A DNA stretch of 63,933 bases, the filler included, from Lenisia limosa (lineage: Eukaryota > Protista > Breviatea), in the NCBI GenBank assembly GCA_001655205.1. It is 13 parts of 13 records of this genome, joined end to end, with 100 filler letters (N's around TTAATTAATTAA, not from the genome) between each part and the next. Parts side by side here need not be neighbours in the genome. Positions count along the whole stretch, not along the records: positions 33,147 to 37,508 come from LPNZ01001554.1; positions 37,609 to 39,878 come from LPNZ01003843.1; positions 39,979 to 49,318 come from LPNZ01008011.1; 10 more parts are not named here. One strand, 5' to 3'. Below, piece after piece: positions 35,087-47,896 of this stretch (position 1 is its first letter; each line of letters opens with the position of its first letter). Below the pieces are notes generated by a model. That model worked only from the letters and a program-made list of their open reading frames with translations. It did not search any database and was not told the DNA's origin. The position numbers were made by a program, and so were the translations under genes.

Positions 35087-37508
35087 TCACTCGTTCTTGC
35101 TGTGGCGCCAAAGTCTACGCAAATGCGCGCGCCGAGCCGCAAAATACAGATATTCTGAGTCTTCTCGAATGAGAATACCGATCAGGGCTAATACTGGAGG
35201 AGGGGGGGGGGGGNNNNNNNNNNNNNNNNNNNNNNNNNNNNNNNNNNNNNNNNNNNNNNNNNNNNNNNNNNNNNNNNNNNNNNNNNNNNNNNNNNNNNNN
35301 NNNNNNNNNNNNNNNNNNNNNNNNTGACAACGGCCTTAAGACCCACCCAGGATCATGATGATGAAGACGAAGGGGATGAGGGAACTTGAAACAGGCGGGC
35401 TGTTGTGGAATCCGTAAACACTAAAACTATCAGATTGCTGGATCTTGTAGATAACAAGGAGAGAACAATACCTAGATAGAAATGAGGCAGAGGATGGTTG
35501 CACTATTGGCATCCCTCCACCTGCTTCAAAGCGTACAACAAACAAGTCCCCCTCCACCTCCTGCAGGTTTGCACAATGATGTCACTGTAGCCATCGCTAT
35601 CCAAGTCTACAACTGCTGCCGGACCAACTGGAGCTTCTGAGGGGCAGATAAGAACGATAGCGGGTATGTCAGTTGCAGATTATAGGAAGAATAGAAGCAC
35701 GAAAGCGGGCGAAAGAGACACACCACCCCCCGGCAAGTTAAAAGAAAGCCACCCCCCCCCCGGCCTTTTGAAAGAAAGTCAGCCACACCGACCAGGCATT
35801 TTGAAAGTTCGATACACGTCACCCTCTCGAGACAGTACGGCAATGTCGCGGAACCCAACAGCAAGAATAAACTCCTGAGAAATGAAAGACATTCAAGAAT
35901 AGATTAGAGATTGCATTTTTGGGTTGGGACAAAAGTCTAGCGTTATTTCTACGCTTTGCCCCCACAGCACCACCCCTCCCCACAGCCTCATTGCCATGCA
36001 GGACAATAGTGTCGAGACGCGGCCTGAATGTCGGAGGAATACCGTCAGTCACCTTTCGCCGACTCGCACTCGGCCAGGTCACCGTCGTTTCTGGGGGTGT
36101 TGGAACATGGGGACTGAATTGATAGTTTGCACAGCCCGGTTTTTAAATTTTCCAAAAATACCCGAAATTTTCCATTTTTCAAAATATTCCAACAATTTTC
36201 CAATTTTTTGCTCCGGAAACTGGTTTTTTTATTATTAATATTTTTTCTTTAAAAAAAGTGGTTTGTGTGATGGTACTTTTGGAAGGGAGCGGGAGAGGAG
36301 CAAGTAAATCACCCCCCTAACCAGTAGACCAGGCGATGTCGCCCGTGTTGGAGATGGCTGTCACAGTGCCGTCACTTGTCAGGAACACTGTCAGGTAGTC
36401 TTCAACCTGCGAGGGTCATGGAAGTACACGTCAATATTTACATACTTTGAAACATATACGGTGTCCGGGACAAGTCTTTACCTATTTTCCTTTGAAAATC
36501 ACATTCCAACTCATCCCTCCCCACAGTGTCCGGAGAAAAAGCTCCCGACTTCGGCTCAGCACCAATCAGAGTAGGTGGTGCAGTGTCCGAGGTCTGGCCT
36601 GTTGGGAGGGGGGGGGGAGATTATTGAGCAAAATGCAAAAAAATCAACTCCTTTCACAAAAGATGAAAGGTTGTAAAAAATGGGGAGGGGGGGGGCTCAT
36701 TAACTGTTAACAACAGTAGTCCAGAAACTCCCTTCTCAGGCTGGGTAAGTTGACAGGCTTACTATTTCCTATTAATTTGAGTTACCATCTTTTGAAATCA
36801 AGCCAATTCCACCCTCTACCTGGTCCCTTGTTAAACTCCATAACCGCTGAGTATGTCCGGCTATTCCTGAAAGCGTTGGCAAAGAAAAGAAAGAAAAACA
36901 ATTATTATTGAAGTGTTAAAAAGAGTAGGTTGAACCAGACAAGATACTCTCACCCCCCATAAGAATACACCAGGTGTATGGTATTCACCTTCCCAAACAA
37001 AGTGGGGGCCCCGTTTATGCTCATTTGGGCTGTGATAAAACACTATCACAAATATTGTGAAACAGTAAAAAAAGTCGCAAATGCCATATTTGGGATAAAT
37101 AACATATGAAAAGAGTCATCACAGATCCACATACTGAGGAGTGGTGCAGAACGGTGTTGTCCACAGCACGGAGCTGACTGGTACACCGGAAGTGGCCATG
37201 GCCGTACAAGGGCCGTGAGGAGGGCTCGCAATGTGTCTGGTTAGTTATCACTCTGGCCCTTTCTCTTGTTGCTTATACTATTATTAGTACTTCACTTCGG
37301 TTTGAAAAGGACTGATAAATTATCGATAGTTTTCGTCTGTTTTTGAACCGAAGTGAAGCCCTGTACATCAGCCATGCTCCAAAAGGGTGTATTATTTCCC
37401 AGTTGTCAAGATACCATAACACCCACCCTGCCAGCTGAGGAGCTTCGGCAGTGTACGCGTGGATGTGGTCTATTTCACCGTCACCGTTGATGTCCGCTGA
37501 CAGTCCAG
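35087..37508 (-). CDS. FG-GAP repeat-containing membrane protein (resembles the plant At3g51050/NERD1-type family), partial
   Basis: GLSADINGDGEIDHIHAY, VEDYLTVFLTSDGTVTAIS, EFILAVGFRDIAVLSREG, PAAVVDLDSDGYSDIIVQT, C-terminal hydrophobic segment. Confidence 0.7.
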
Positions 37509-38204
37509 NNNNNNNNNNNNNNNNNNNNNNNNNNNNNNNNNNNNNNNNNNNNTTAATTAATTAANNNNNNNNNNNNNNNNNNNNNNNNNNNNNNNNNNNN
37601 NNNNNNNNCCAAATTCGTCCGCCAGAGAGACGGTATGCCTTAACAGCCGCAACCTGCGGGGAGGGGGGTTAATAGGCAAAAATGGAATATATATATAAAT
37701 ACATGCACACAAAAAAACAACAAAAAAACAAATATGAAGATGAAGAATGGCACTTGGGTAACTAATTCACCAAAAAACAGGACATGAACTCAGCAAAAAG
37801 TAAAATAAAACCTGGGATGTACCTCGAAAAAGCCAGTGGTTGAGAAGACACCAACAAGAATCATCATTCCGAAGAGAAGCGATTCTGAAATATAAGAACA
37901 AAGATCAGACCAAAAGATCAATGATTAAAGACAATAAATGGATACATATCTCATATGGACAGGAAAAAAAGGAGTCTTTAGCAGATTGTCCAGCCAAAGC
38001 AATAGATGTAGAAATGAGAATTAATAATAGGTTGAATCTGGCCTAAGCCGTCAATACCATCACGCTTATAGGAGATTGTATATGATATCATATACAATAT
38101 AATCTGTGGGGGTGCCTGAGAGTATTACAAAATGTCGTAGGGCCAAGCATAGCATAAATGAGATCCAAATATCAGTGAGATATCAGCGATCTTTCACTGG
38201 TGCC

Positions 38205-38299
38205 GGCTTCACTTCGGTTCCAAAAAACCAGCAAAATATCGATAGTTTTTGAGGATTTATCGAGAAATTCAGTCTTTTTTTCGAACCGAAGTGAAGCTC
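38205..38299. mobile_element. MITE family A copy
   Basis: GGCTTCACTTCGGTTC...TCGAACCGAAGTGAAGCT; also 37289-37362. Confidence 0.85.
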
Positions 38300-38345
38300 C
38301 AGTACCAAGTGTAATGAGAGGATTGCATACTGTGGGGGTGCCAAG

Positions 38346-39760
38346 CATACCAGTTTCGTAGTCGACCCACTCAACAATCTTCTCGATTGTCGGTCTTTCG
38401 TGAAGTTGTGAAATCATTGCTGGGGCAATGAGAGAAAAAAAGGGATTGTTTGAATAAGAGAAATAATATTCGTGAGAAATTTAGGAAACAAATACGTGTA
38501 TATATGATATGCATATGAATACAAACGGATAACATCAGACAAAAAAAAGCACAAAAAAGCACAATAGAATAATTCGAAAACATTCAATAGTCCATGTTTT
38601 CTACGGCACATAATTGTTTAAATTAGAAAGCTCCGTCCGCAACAAAAATAATAAATGTGAATACACCGCCACCCACCCAAAGTGACAAAAGCACCAATCA
38701 TGGCTGCTAAGGCTCTATGCATGATTTCAAAGACAATCAGCGTGTACACCGACAGCAAAATCAATCCAGCAATTAGAATCTAGGGGGAGGGGGAGGTGAA
38801 AATTGGGAATTGTGTATTTAAAAGATATTAAGTGAAAATAAAAACTCTGTTGGATACACACTGACTGCGATGCCTATTGAGCTTTATCTTTAGTCAATCG
38901 TGTCAGGACTTATCACGGTGGTACATATGTGTGACCATAGCAGCCCCCTTCCAACCTCATATTTAACCATATAGCCCAGGGCTTCTCCACGGATGGCAAC
39001 ACCAACCGGACCTGTAATGTTAGCTGTGAGAAGCGGGTTATGATAGAACAGCCTGGTTTCCATTCCACGGACTCTCTTTGGATAAAACCTTGTTTTATTT
39101 AATATTAGGCACTCTTGGAAGAAGCTCATAACCCCCCCCCCCACNNNNNNNNNNGTTCTGCTTTCTTGAGGGATTTTAAATTGTGTGTTGTCTGCGTTTT
39201 AATGATATCTCAAAAAATGATCTTACTATTTTTCACTTGTTGTAACAATGATCTTGCCCTCCCCATCCTCACTCCACACAGTGTGCTTCGGGTTACGCAA
39301 TTGTCCCCATTGAAGTCGAGCAGTCCAAGGTGGGGGATGGGGTAAGCGTTAATTCACCTGAACTGTTGATTAAGGTCGGTGGGGAGGTACTGGAAAGGGT
39401 TTTGTAATGATCCGTGAAGTGGAATAATCCAAGGTGAATGCGGGCGTGTTTGCCTGGATGAAGTATTCGGTAACATGAATGTTTTGAAGCGGTGACGGGT
39501 GGGCGGGTTCGTCTCAACTAAGGCTTTACTTCGGTTCGGGCAAATATCGATAGTTTTCGAAGATTTATCGAGAAATTCACTCTTTTTTTGAACCGAAGTG
39601 AAGCCCAAGTCTCAACTGTCTGTCAAGGGAATTAGTCTAAACTCCGTTCCAATTTACCCCCCCCCCCCGCAGGCGAAATCGTCATCATCAAAGATTTGCC
39701 TCAGCTCAGCAAGTGGCGAAGATATGATGACGGCCACTATTCCTGAAGTTGTCGTGGGGG
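38346..39760 (-). CDS. P-protein/OCA2-like (ArsB/NhaD permease family) transporter, partial
   Basis: ILIAGLILLSVYTLIVFEIMHRALAAMIGAFVTL and HERPTIEKIVEWVDYETG match OCA2 'YALIIFEIVHRTLAAMLG...RPSLTHVVEWIDFET'. Confidence 0.8.
39519..39608. mobile_element. MITE family A copy with intact 8-bp TSD
   Basis: GTCTCAAC at 39511-39518 and 39609-39616 flanks TAAGGC...GCCCAA. Confidence 0.85.
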
Positions 39761-40114
39761 GGGGTTGACATAATCTCCCACTCAACACAGTGCATGCATT
39801 TTCTACCTTTATTCCCTTGTTACCCACCCCTATAGCTACAATCATGTCTTAACCCCCCTTTTAGCTGGGGGAGGGGGGNNNNNNNNNNNNNNNNNNNNNN
39901 NNNNNNNNNNNNNNNNNNNNNNTTAATTAATTAANNNNNNNNNNNNNNNNNNNNNNNNNNNNNNNNNNNNNNNNNNNNATTAGATTAAAAATACAATTCG
40001 AGTCCGAAAAATAGTTTATGAAACAGAAAAACAACAACAAACATAAAAAAAACCAAACCAAACCAAAACCAAACAATAGCATCACCTCGCCCCTCACCAT
40101 CTCCAATCGTACTG

Positions 40115-43100
40115 CACCCTATTGAGCTGCACCAGAAGGACTGGGGGGAGGCTAGAGAACCATACCCCCTTCTTGGAGTCTTGCTTTCCATGACCTTCAG
40201 CCTGGTATTGGTTGTCTCCCTGTGCGGTTAGTTCATGCCCTCAATTATGACCAAAGGGAGGGTTATTACAATGATACCAGAATAATATTAGTGTAAAAAC
40301 AGCATAAGGGAGAGTCGAAGATTTTCCTGGTGCCTACACAAAGAAGTTCGGGCTCAACATAGCTCTGAAGCGCATCCTCCAAACAGTCTTTTTTCTGCTC
40401 CGTCAAATATGTCATATCACTAACATGAAGAAAATGAAGCACTGTTACGTTTTTGAGAATATTGATTATATAATAGTATTCGCCAAATAAAAGCAAAATG
40501 CGCACGTTACCCCCCTCCCCCACAGAGATGTCCACTGAGATATTGTAGAAAAGCTCAGTACGGGAGGATTTGAATTCCACATTAATGCAACTGATGTAAG
40601 AGAGGGATGTTCCGGACATTAACGAGTTCAGTTCGCCAGCCTAGTGGGGGAGGGATAAGAGGCAACCCAAAAAAAGCAGTTCAAAGTAACAAGACGGGGG
40701 GAGAAAAATTGGAAAATTTATGAAACAAAAAAAGCCCAAAATCAACTCTGTTGGCTGACAACACANNNNNNNNNNNNNNNNNNNNNNNNNNNNNNNNNNN
40801 NNNNNNNNNNNNNNNNNNNNNNNNNNNNNNNNNNNNNNNNNNNNNNNNNNNNNNNNNNNNNNNNNNNNNNNNNNNNNNNNNNNNNNNNNNNNNNNNNNNN
40901 NNNNNNNNNNNNNNNTCTGTGGTACTATGGAGGGAAGCAAGCTCATAATACAATGCAAGTTACGATTGCACGCGAACTTTGACACGCTTTTCGAGAGCGT
41001 CTAAGAGGGCGATGGTGAGCTCGTGGACGTCATGCTGCAGGAAGGCCTCACTCGAGTCCCAACCAAACGACTGCTGCAGCGCACTCGTGCCTACCGCCTC
41101 TGGCGAACTGGAACAATGACCAACATGCAATGTGTACAATCAAGGTTTTCCAAGGTCCCAAAAATGCCTTTTAGTAATATTTTATTCTTCTGGGATATTT
41201 CGGACTCCTCAACGTGAGATACTGCATATGGCAGTTCCAAAAAGACTGAAAAAGATTCTAGATAAATATTGGGCACAAGAGAAGAGAACTCTCCAAACAT
41301 TTGTAATTTGTAAAAGAGAGTCTGCAGCTCCGTAATAAGATCTTTTGAGGATGTCTCACCCTGGGTTGCCTCATACACCACCTAAAGTGAGATTAGTCCA
41401 AAAAAAGGGAAAGTGTCCCATTCTCTCTTTCCTGAAAGATTTTAAAAGACGGTGAGACCCAACCTTTCTGAAGCCCTTGATGCTAAAGAGCGTTTGTATC
41501 AGGGAGTTGAGGTAACACGTCATTCCGGAGTTGACAAGACCGACACAGCCTGTTTGCTGCCGACTGTTCCAACTGTGGGGGGGGGGGGNNNNNNNNNNNN
41601 NNNNNNNNNNNNNNNNNNNNNNNNNNNNNNNNNNNNNNNNNNNNNNNNNNNNNNNNNNNNNNNNNNNNNNNATCACTAACCGAATAATCTGAAACTCCAA
41701 ACAAACAAAAACAAAAAACAAGCAATAACAGACACGAGCAACCAACGCTAAAACTAGACAAAAGCCAGGTGACAAAAACACAAAACAAAAACAAGCCCGA
41801 GCGTAAAATTGGAAAATAAAAGAAACAAAAAACCCCAAAATCAACTCTGTTGGCTGGTAACACGTAATGATTGTTTCACCTGGGGTAATCATTAAATAAC
41901 ACTATTAGCCAAAATAGTGTTCCAAAAGAAGACCCATGACCGCCTCAAACTCAATATAATCTTGCCAAACAAGGTCCTTGTGATGAACTCGTACCCAGAC
42001 CTAAACAGTTAGGAGTTGGCACACATTCGGCATTTCATGGGTACTCCAATAGTACTTTCTAAACTCACAAAGAATGCAACATGAATAGGATATATATCAT
42101 ATTAGCAAACAGGTAGCTTGTGATAGATAATACATGAAAATGACAATCATTGAAAAGAAAGCAATGAGAAGATAATGCTAGATATCATATTTTGAAAAAG
42201 GATTCACTATTTTTAAAACCATAACAGCCATACCAACCTGGAACTCGATTTCTTTCTCCTCATTGATGAATCCACCTAAAAGAGTTACATGTGCTTTGTT
42301 TCACTCATAATTTACTATCATCTACTAAACGCTTTGATTGATGATAAGTTGGTCAAAAGCTTCTCCAAAATGTAATTTTCCTTACTTTACATGAGAGTGT
42401 AAGAGGTCAAAAACTGACGTATTGATGAGTACCTATCATATCATATGGTAATAGATAAAATGCGTTTCAAATCTTGTTCAATAATTAATATCCCCTAGAA
42501 AAATGATGGTGGCGACACCTTCAGCCTAACAATAACCTAATTTCTCAAACCCGGCTGGCTGCTGGGAGAATCACATGGAGGTTGCCATTATGTCCTTCCC
42601 CGCCCACCTTCTGGGTTGTAGACGTCTTTGAGCGACACAATATCGGACCATCCCCAGTCTTTCGCGTTACGTTTGAACGTAAACTCCGTTTCTCTGATAA
42701 CACTTTTTTCGTGGTCGCGGTTTACAACAACAAAGTGAAACTAGAACGTGAGCCCCAAAAATGGCAGTAGAGTTTCGCCGAGGTTCCCCGTAAAAAACTG
42801 ACCGCATGTTCTCTTAGAAAAATATGTGAGGTTAAACATGAATGAGTTGGCTTCTTTGAAAAGATGAAGGATCATGTTTCAGCCTCATCCCAAGCAAGAA
42901 TGCGAAATATAAAAGAAAGGCGATGAATGAGTGTAAATAGTAAATATAACAGATTAACATTAAGCAATAACACAAGGAAACGCAGAAATAATTTAGTTTT
43001 TGAATCTTATTAGCAATATGAAATGAATATCTCAAGTTCAGCAAGGATGGCAACGAGGGACCAAAGCAGTTCTTCCGAGATCGCCAACCTTTGCGTACTG

Positions 43101-43543
43101 TCTCCATGGCTCATGGAGGGTGCGTTCACATGATGTCACCTCAAGATAGAAGCCAAGTGAGTCCTTTTTCGACAGTTGCTCATTGCCATGAGGAAAGATG
43201 GAGAGGCGCCAGTTAAGGAGCTTTTGTGGACCAACACTAAAAGGAGGCGATTTGACCTGAGAAATATAAAGGGAAGACCACTTCGGTCCATACCTTCTTG
43301 GGTTGTCCCGCAATGTCTTTGATAACAAACTTTTCACATACAGATATCTAGATGGTGAGGTTTTAGGGAATTTGAAATTACCACTCCGTCTTCCTGACTG
43401 CTGGCAAGCTCTTCAAACGTTATAGCTTTCTTTATCTCTGCTGGAGGAGGGGTAGCACTATCCTAGATTCGTTAGACCCGATTCACAAAATTAAGTAAGA
43501 GGCTTACCGCATCTTCTAATGTAGGAGTGCTTGTATCACTCAT
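40115..43543 (-). CDS. MATH + USP ubiquitin-specific protease (USP7/UBP12-13 type), 3'-truncated
   Basis: MATH exon SPPFSVG...[10 protein letters not shown]...LGFYLEV; Cys box [23 protein letters not shown]; [18 protein letters not shown]; [20 protein letters not shown]; [17 protein letters not shown]; VLLVQLNR. Confidence 0.9.
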
Positions 43544-43760
43544 TGTTTTATTTATTTATTATAATATTATTTGTTTTTCAGGGTTTTCTGGGTTTTCAAG
43601 GGGGGGATGGAGATGGATAAAATAATGATTACTTTTGATTGATTATTTTATGTTGATTTGCGTTTTCGTTTTTGAAAAAAAGCACAGTGAAAATTAATTT
43701 ATACACAAAAATAAAAAAGGTTTCGTGAGGCGCTTTGTTGTTTCTTTTGAAACGTTCCAA

Positions 43761-44966
43761 ATGCTCCCCAACCGACCCAGTGGGGGTTTACGGAAGGTAA
43801 TTATTATAAAACATTGTTTTCAGACTCTGTAGCCTTTCACTACCCCCCCCCCCTCTAATGTGAATAGGGATGTGTTCCCATCTTGACGCCTCCGTCCCTC
43901 TTNNNNNNNNNNNNNNNNNNNNNNNNNNNNCCAGTCAAATTGCTAAAGAGAACTTTTCATTTTTCAAAGTTTGCGCTGGGTGAATCTATTATGACCCTTG
44001 GAATCCTCAAATTGTCCTCTTTTTACAACGACAGACTCTCAACATCAAAACGTTTCTATCTCTTTCTCATGAGGCTCCTCTCGCCTCTCTTTTGTCTTTC
44101 CTTGAAGAAAACAACGTCAACATAATTCTTTTGGGGTTGACATGCTGGACTGCTGAAGAGTAGGGCTGGCTTTGGCTATGTTTTGTCTATCGTTTCTACA
44201 TGTCTCATTCAATATGGTCATGGTACACTAATTGGTGATAGGGATTGGACTCCTTTGAATGAAGATCTTCTGAAGGAGGCTCTTGAGATTATTTTGAACT
44301 CCAAGAACTACCCAATTCTAGTATCGGACAGGTATGGAGCTGGGATAATAATGCTCTTTCTCGACATCATATTATACTCAATTCAAAATATGCTGGCTGT
44401 TCTCCGTCGCGGCNNNNNNNNNNNNNNNNNNNNNNNNNNNNNNNNNNNNNNNTCATTATTGATATGGCGTCAGGAAGCTCTAATTAAGACGCTTTAGATC
44501 TGGCATGCACACGTTGGGGGTTGCCATCGGTGCTCTCCGCAAACTGCTGTTCTGGTCTACTGCCTCAATTATCCATGAGGTAAGGGAGGGGCAAATGAGT
44601 TGGAATTAAAGTTGGAATTAAAATAGTGCCGAGAGATTCGTTTTTAAAGCCAATTTACCCCCCCCCCCCCNNNNNNNNNNNNNNNNNNNNNNNNNNNNNN
44701 NNNNNNNNNNNNNNNNNNNNNNNNNNNNNNNNNNNNNNNNNNNNNNNNNNNNNNNNNNNNNNNNTTTTTTTGTGTGTTTTTGTTGTTTCAGAAATTTTCC
44801 AATTTTACTCCCCCCACCCCAACAGTATCGTACATTTGCTGGTCGAAGGTCCCGACAACAAGACATGCAGATGATCGAGCTGTTCGATACTGATCTCGTC
44901 AACATCCCTAGTTCAACACCCCATTGGTACCAAACGGTTCAGCATCTTTCAGTAGGCCTGGTCTGA
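43761..44966 (+). CDS. Siw14/OCA-family (plant and fungal atypical DSP-like) phosphatase homolog, probably catalytically inactive
   Basis: VPILTPPS; TLNIKTFLSLSHE; WTPLNEDLLKEALEIILNSKNYPILVSDR-SGMHTLGVAIGALRKLLFWSTASIIHE-YRTFAGRRSRQQDMQMIELFDTDLV. Confidence 0.8.
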
Positions 44967-45308
44967 TAACATATCGATATACTTTTTTCATATTCATAAA
45001 ATAATTATACGGAGATTATCGCATTAAAAAAATATGCGAATATTATCGCATAAAAGTGCGGAATTGTGGCATAAAAGAAATGTGAGGAAATTATTGGAGC
45101 GTATGATGTCATATGATAAAAATAGTATTACATGATATCATATGATATCATATGATATTCAATTTATACTTCCGAATCCGAAACCCTATTATGTGACATG
45201 ATGCCCGGTGATGATTCTGCGACATTGTGAGATGTTATGATATAGTATACTATATGTATATGTGAATGTTGTGTACCCCAATATGTATATTGGGTCAGTC
45301 AGTTAAAG

Positions 45309-45764
45309 CTTTTCCAGAAATTGCAGTCTGAGTCTGACGACAGCGGATCGGCAGATGGTAAGAGACGGTAACTATTTCTCATCTCATCTTTTCGATAATG
45401 AAGATTTGTTAGTGTGATAGAATATTTTTTCTATTAATTTTTGCTCACCCTTTTTCAAATAATATCATATTCAATTTAATATTATTATTATCATATAATC
45501 CTACCACGATGTCTCTTTTTGGACCTCTTACCATTGGAATCTTTTGACGGGTACAGAGTCAATACCATCGGAAAGGGCGCGAAGGCGCCGAAAACATACA
45601 AGCATGTTGCTCACAAAGAAGACGAAGTATTCCGCGAAGCTGAGCCTGGTTGACGATTCTGATTGAAACGGACATTGCGGATATATGGAATTGCGCATGG
45701 AACCCATGGCCAAGATCGTGATTGCTGTGAAAAGACACAGAACACCTGTTGTAATTGTTGTTAA
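45309..45764 (+). CDS. Small spliced ORF with Cys-rich C-terminus (...EPDRDCCEKTQNTCCNCC*), partial
   Basis: Exons KLQSESDDSGSAD / DLLPLESFDGYRVNTIG...FREAEP / DRDCC... join in frame with GT-AG introns. Confidence 0.35.
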
Positions 45765-45829
45765 ATAAATACATTCAAGCTCTTTCCATAAGCCTTTTCC
45801 ACTACCATAGTCAATATCAATTTGGCAAA

Positions 45830-47505
45830 TCAGCAAAATAGCCCCCAGTTCACAATCTTGAAAGACTTGAGAACACCTTTCATTTGTTCAGAAGCATCTA
45901 TGGGTGTGAACGCAAGGGAATAAATGCAAATTCAGTTTCTTATTAAATGATACAGACATGAGGTTCAATGCTATTGATGGGAAATAAATGGTATTCAGAT
46001 GCAGCTTAATCATTTTTCCAATACACTTTGCTTACTGATGATAGAGTCAAGATTTTCACTTTCAAGCTGCTTAGCTGAAGTACTATCCTTATCAATCTGA
46101 AACATAAGTGTTTGTTGAGGTTCCATAAATCATCTCACTGTTTACATAACTCAACCAATTCAATCCCATCGAAACGACATATAATACTTGTATATTGGTA
46201 TCGCACTGAACTACAAGCTATAAAGGAGAATTTTCAATGCTATCATCCAATTCTCTTCATTCAGTGAATAATGAATGATACTATCATTCTTCTCAATAAG
46301 TCAGGCAGTAAAATTGGAAAATGTATGAAACAAAAATAACCGCATCCCATTACTCCAGCGTACAGTGACAGGAGTTAATGTTGTGATGACAATGTCAACA
46401 GGAACAGAGGAGAGCCTCAACACTGCTGTCTCTGTATGGATGTTGTTTTTGGCTGACTCTGTTTCATTATTAAAAAAAGCCGAATAACCCTTGGAAATAT
46501 GAGAAACAACAAAAAACAACAACTGATGATGATATCTACGTCATGATAAGCCAGGTGGTGGTTGAAGGTGTTGTGAGTCCATCACCAACCTTTAAACTTT
46601 CCCATGTTGAGGACGCCTCTACAGAGTTTTGACGCGACAATTTTCCTGACAAGTTATGCCACATAATTATATTACAATCTGTCTTATTTTTACAGTATAT
46701 TAATGCCAATATTAGCTTTACGCTCATAGATACATTCATAACACAGGAAGCTAACTTGTGTTCCAAATTTGGGATATCAGCACTGAGAAGGTCATATGTC
46801 ACCGGGTTTCCATATTGATCTGCCTAAACTTGTCAGCTAAAAGCAATATGACGATTCTCAGAGTTTTATCCGAAAACATCTATAGCTTGAATCAAAGCGC
46901 ATTAAACATGCTTTCCCAAATACAATAAGTGCTGTGTTGTCGTCCTTGATCACATCAAAATGGAACCTACACGGTGAGCGTCCAGTGGAATGAATGAAAG
47001 ATTCAGTTTTGAAGTGAAATTCCAGCAAATCACGCATTTTTTCATGAAACAATCAATAATGTGAGAACCAGAGGCTAAAAAGCCACAATACATATTCAAG
47101 GTGAAAATAAATAACAAAATTGTCCCAAGATGATGAATGGATAATCAGGTTAGGTTGTATGTCTCACCCCCCCCCCCCACTGTGCCATTGNNNNNNNNNN
47201 NNNNNNNNNNNNNNNNNNNNNNNNNNNNNNNNNNNNNNNNNNNNNNNNNNNNNNNNNNNNNNNNNNNNNACAATAATTGAGGAATCAGTTTCAGATTGCG
47301 TAAAAACCTTCACCGTGAAAGGACTGCTCAGAAGTAGAAAAGTTGATGTTTTGTTTCAAAACCATAACATACCTCTTGGTGATCTGGAACTTCTCTGACA
47401 TCACTACACAGTTTGTCAGGAATTTGCGAAACAAAATACTAACCTAACATCAATAAATCCTTTTGGGATTTCAGCAACAATTGCTCCCCCAAAGAGTTGT
47501 CGCAT
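45830..47505 (-). CDS. MOG1: Mog1/RANGRF-like Ran guanine-nucleotide release factor
   Basis: MRQLFGGAIVAEIPKGF, REVPDHQE, VFTQSETDSSIIV, FHFDVI, AVLRLSSVPVDIVIT, C-terminal VLKSFKIVNWGLFC*. Confidence 0.8.
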
Positions 47506-47896
47506 GATCGCTGGGTTGGGAGGTGGTATACTTGCAGGGAAAGTTCAGATTCCAAAGCCCTCTAGAATATGTTTTAAAGAGAGAGAGCTGTGTTCCAGGT
47601 GGCTAATGAGAAGAGGAGAGGGGATTGGGAAAACAATCAATTCAGTAAAAAAGCAACATTACGTCGGCGTCACGCGACATTAAGAGCACAAAAAAAATGG
47701 AAAAAATTCCTTTTAACTCCTCTATTTAACAGATTACCGTGCACTGTGCGCAGTAGTCTCAGCAGATCTCTTTTTACTCAACAGTTCAGTTCTTTGATTT
47801 TCTCTATAGCCTGCCATCTTCCTTATGGTGGGATTCTAAAGACCTTATTTGTTGTTTGAAGGCATCTCAGACTAGTTTGAGACTTAAATAGTCAGA

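Noticed and set aside
41000-41100. Ankyrin-like reading on + ([14 protein letters not shown])
   Set aside because: The minus strand gives the conserved USP7 block [18 protein letters not shown]
45559-45774. CUB-like motif (VSFHSNHDLGHGFHAQF) on the minus strand
   Set aside because: Lies just downstream of the Mog1 stop with no other CUB features; a spliced plus-strand frame explains the region better
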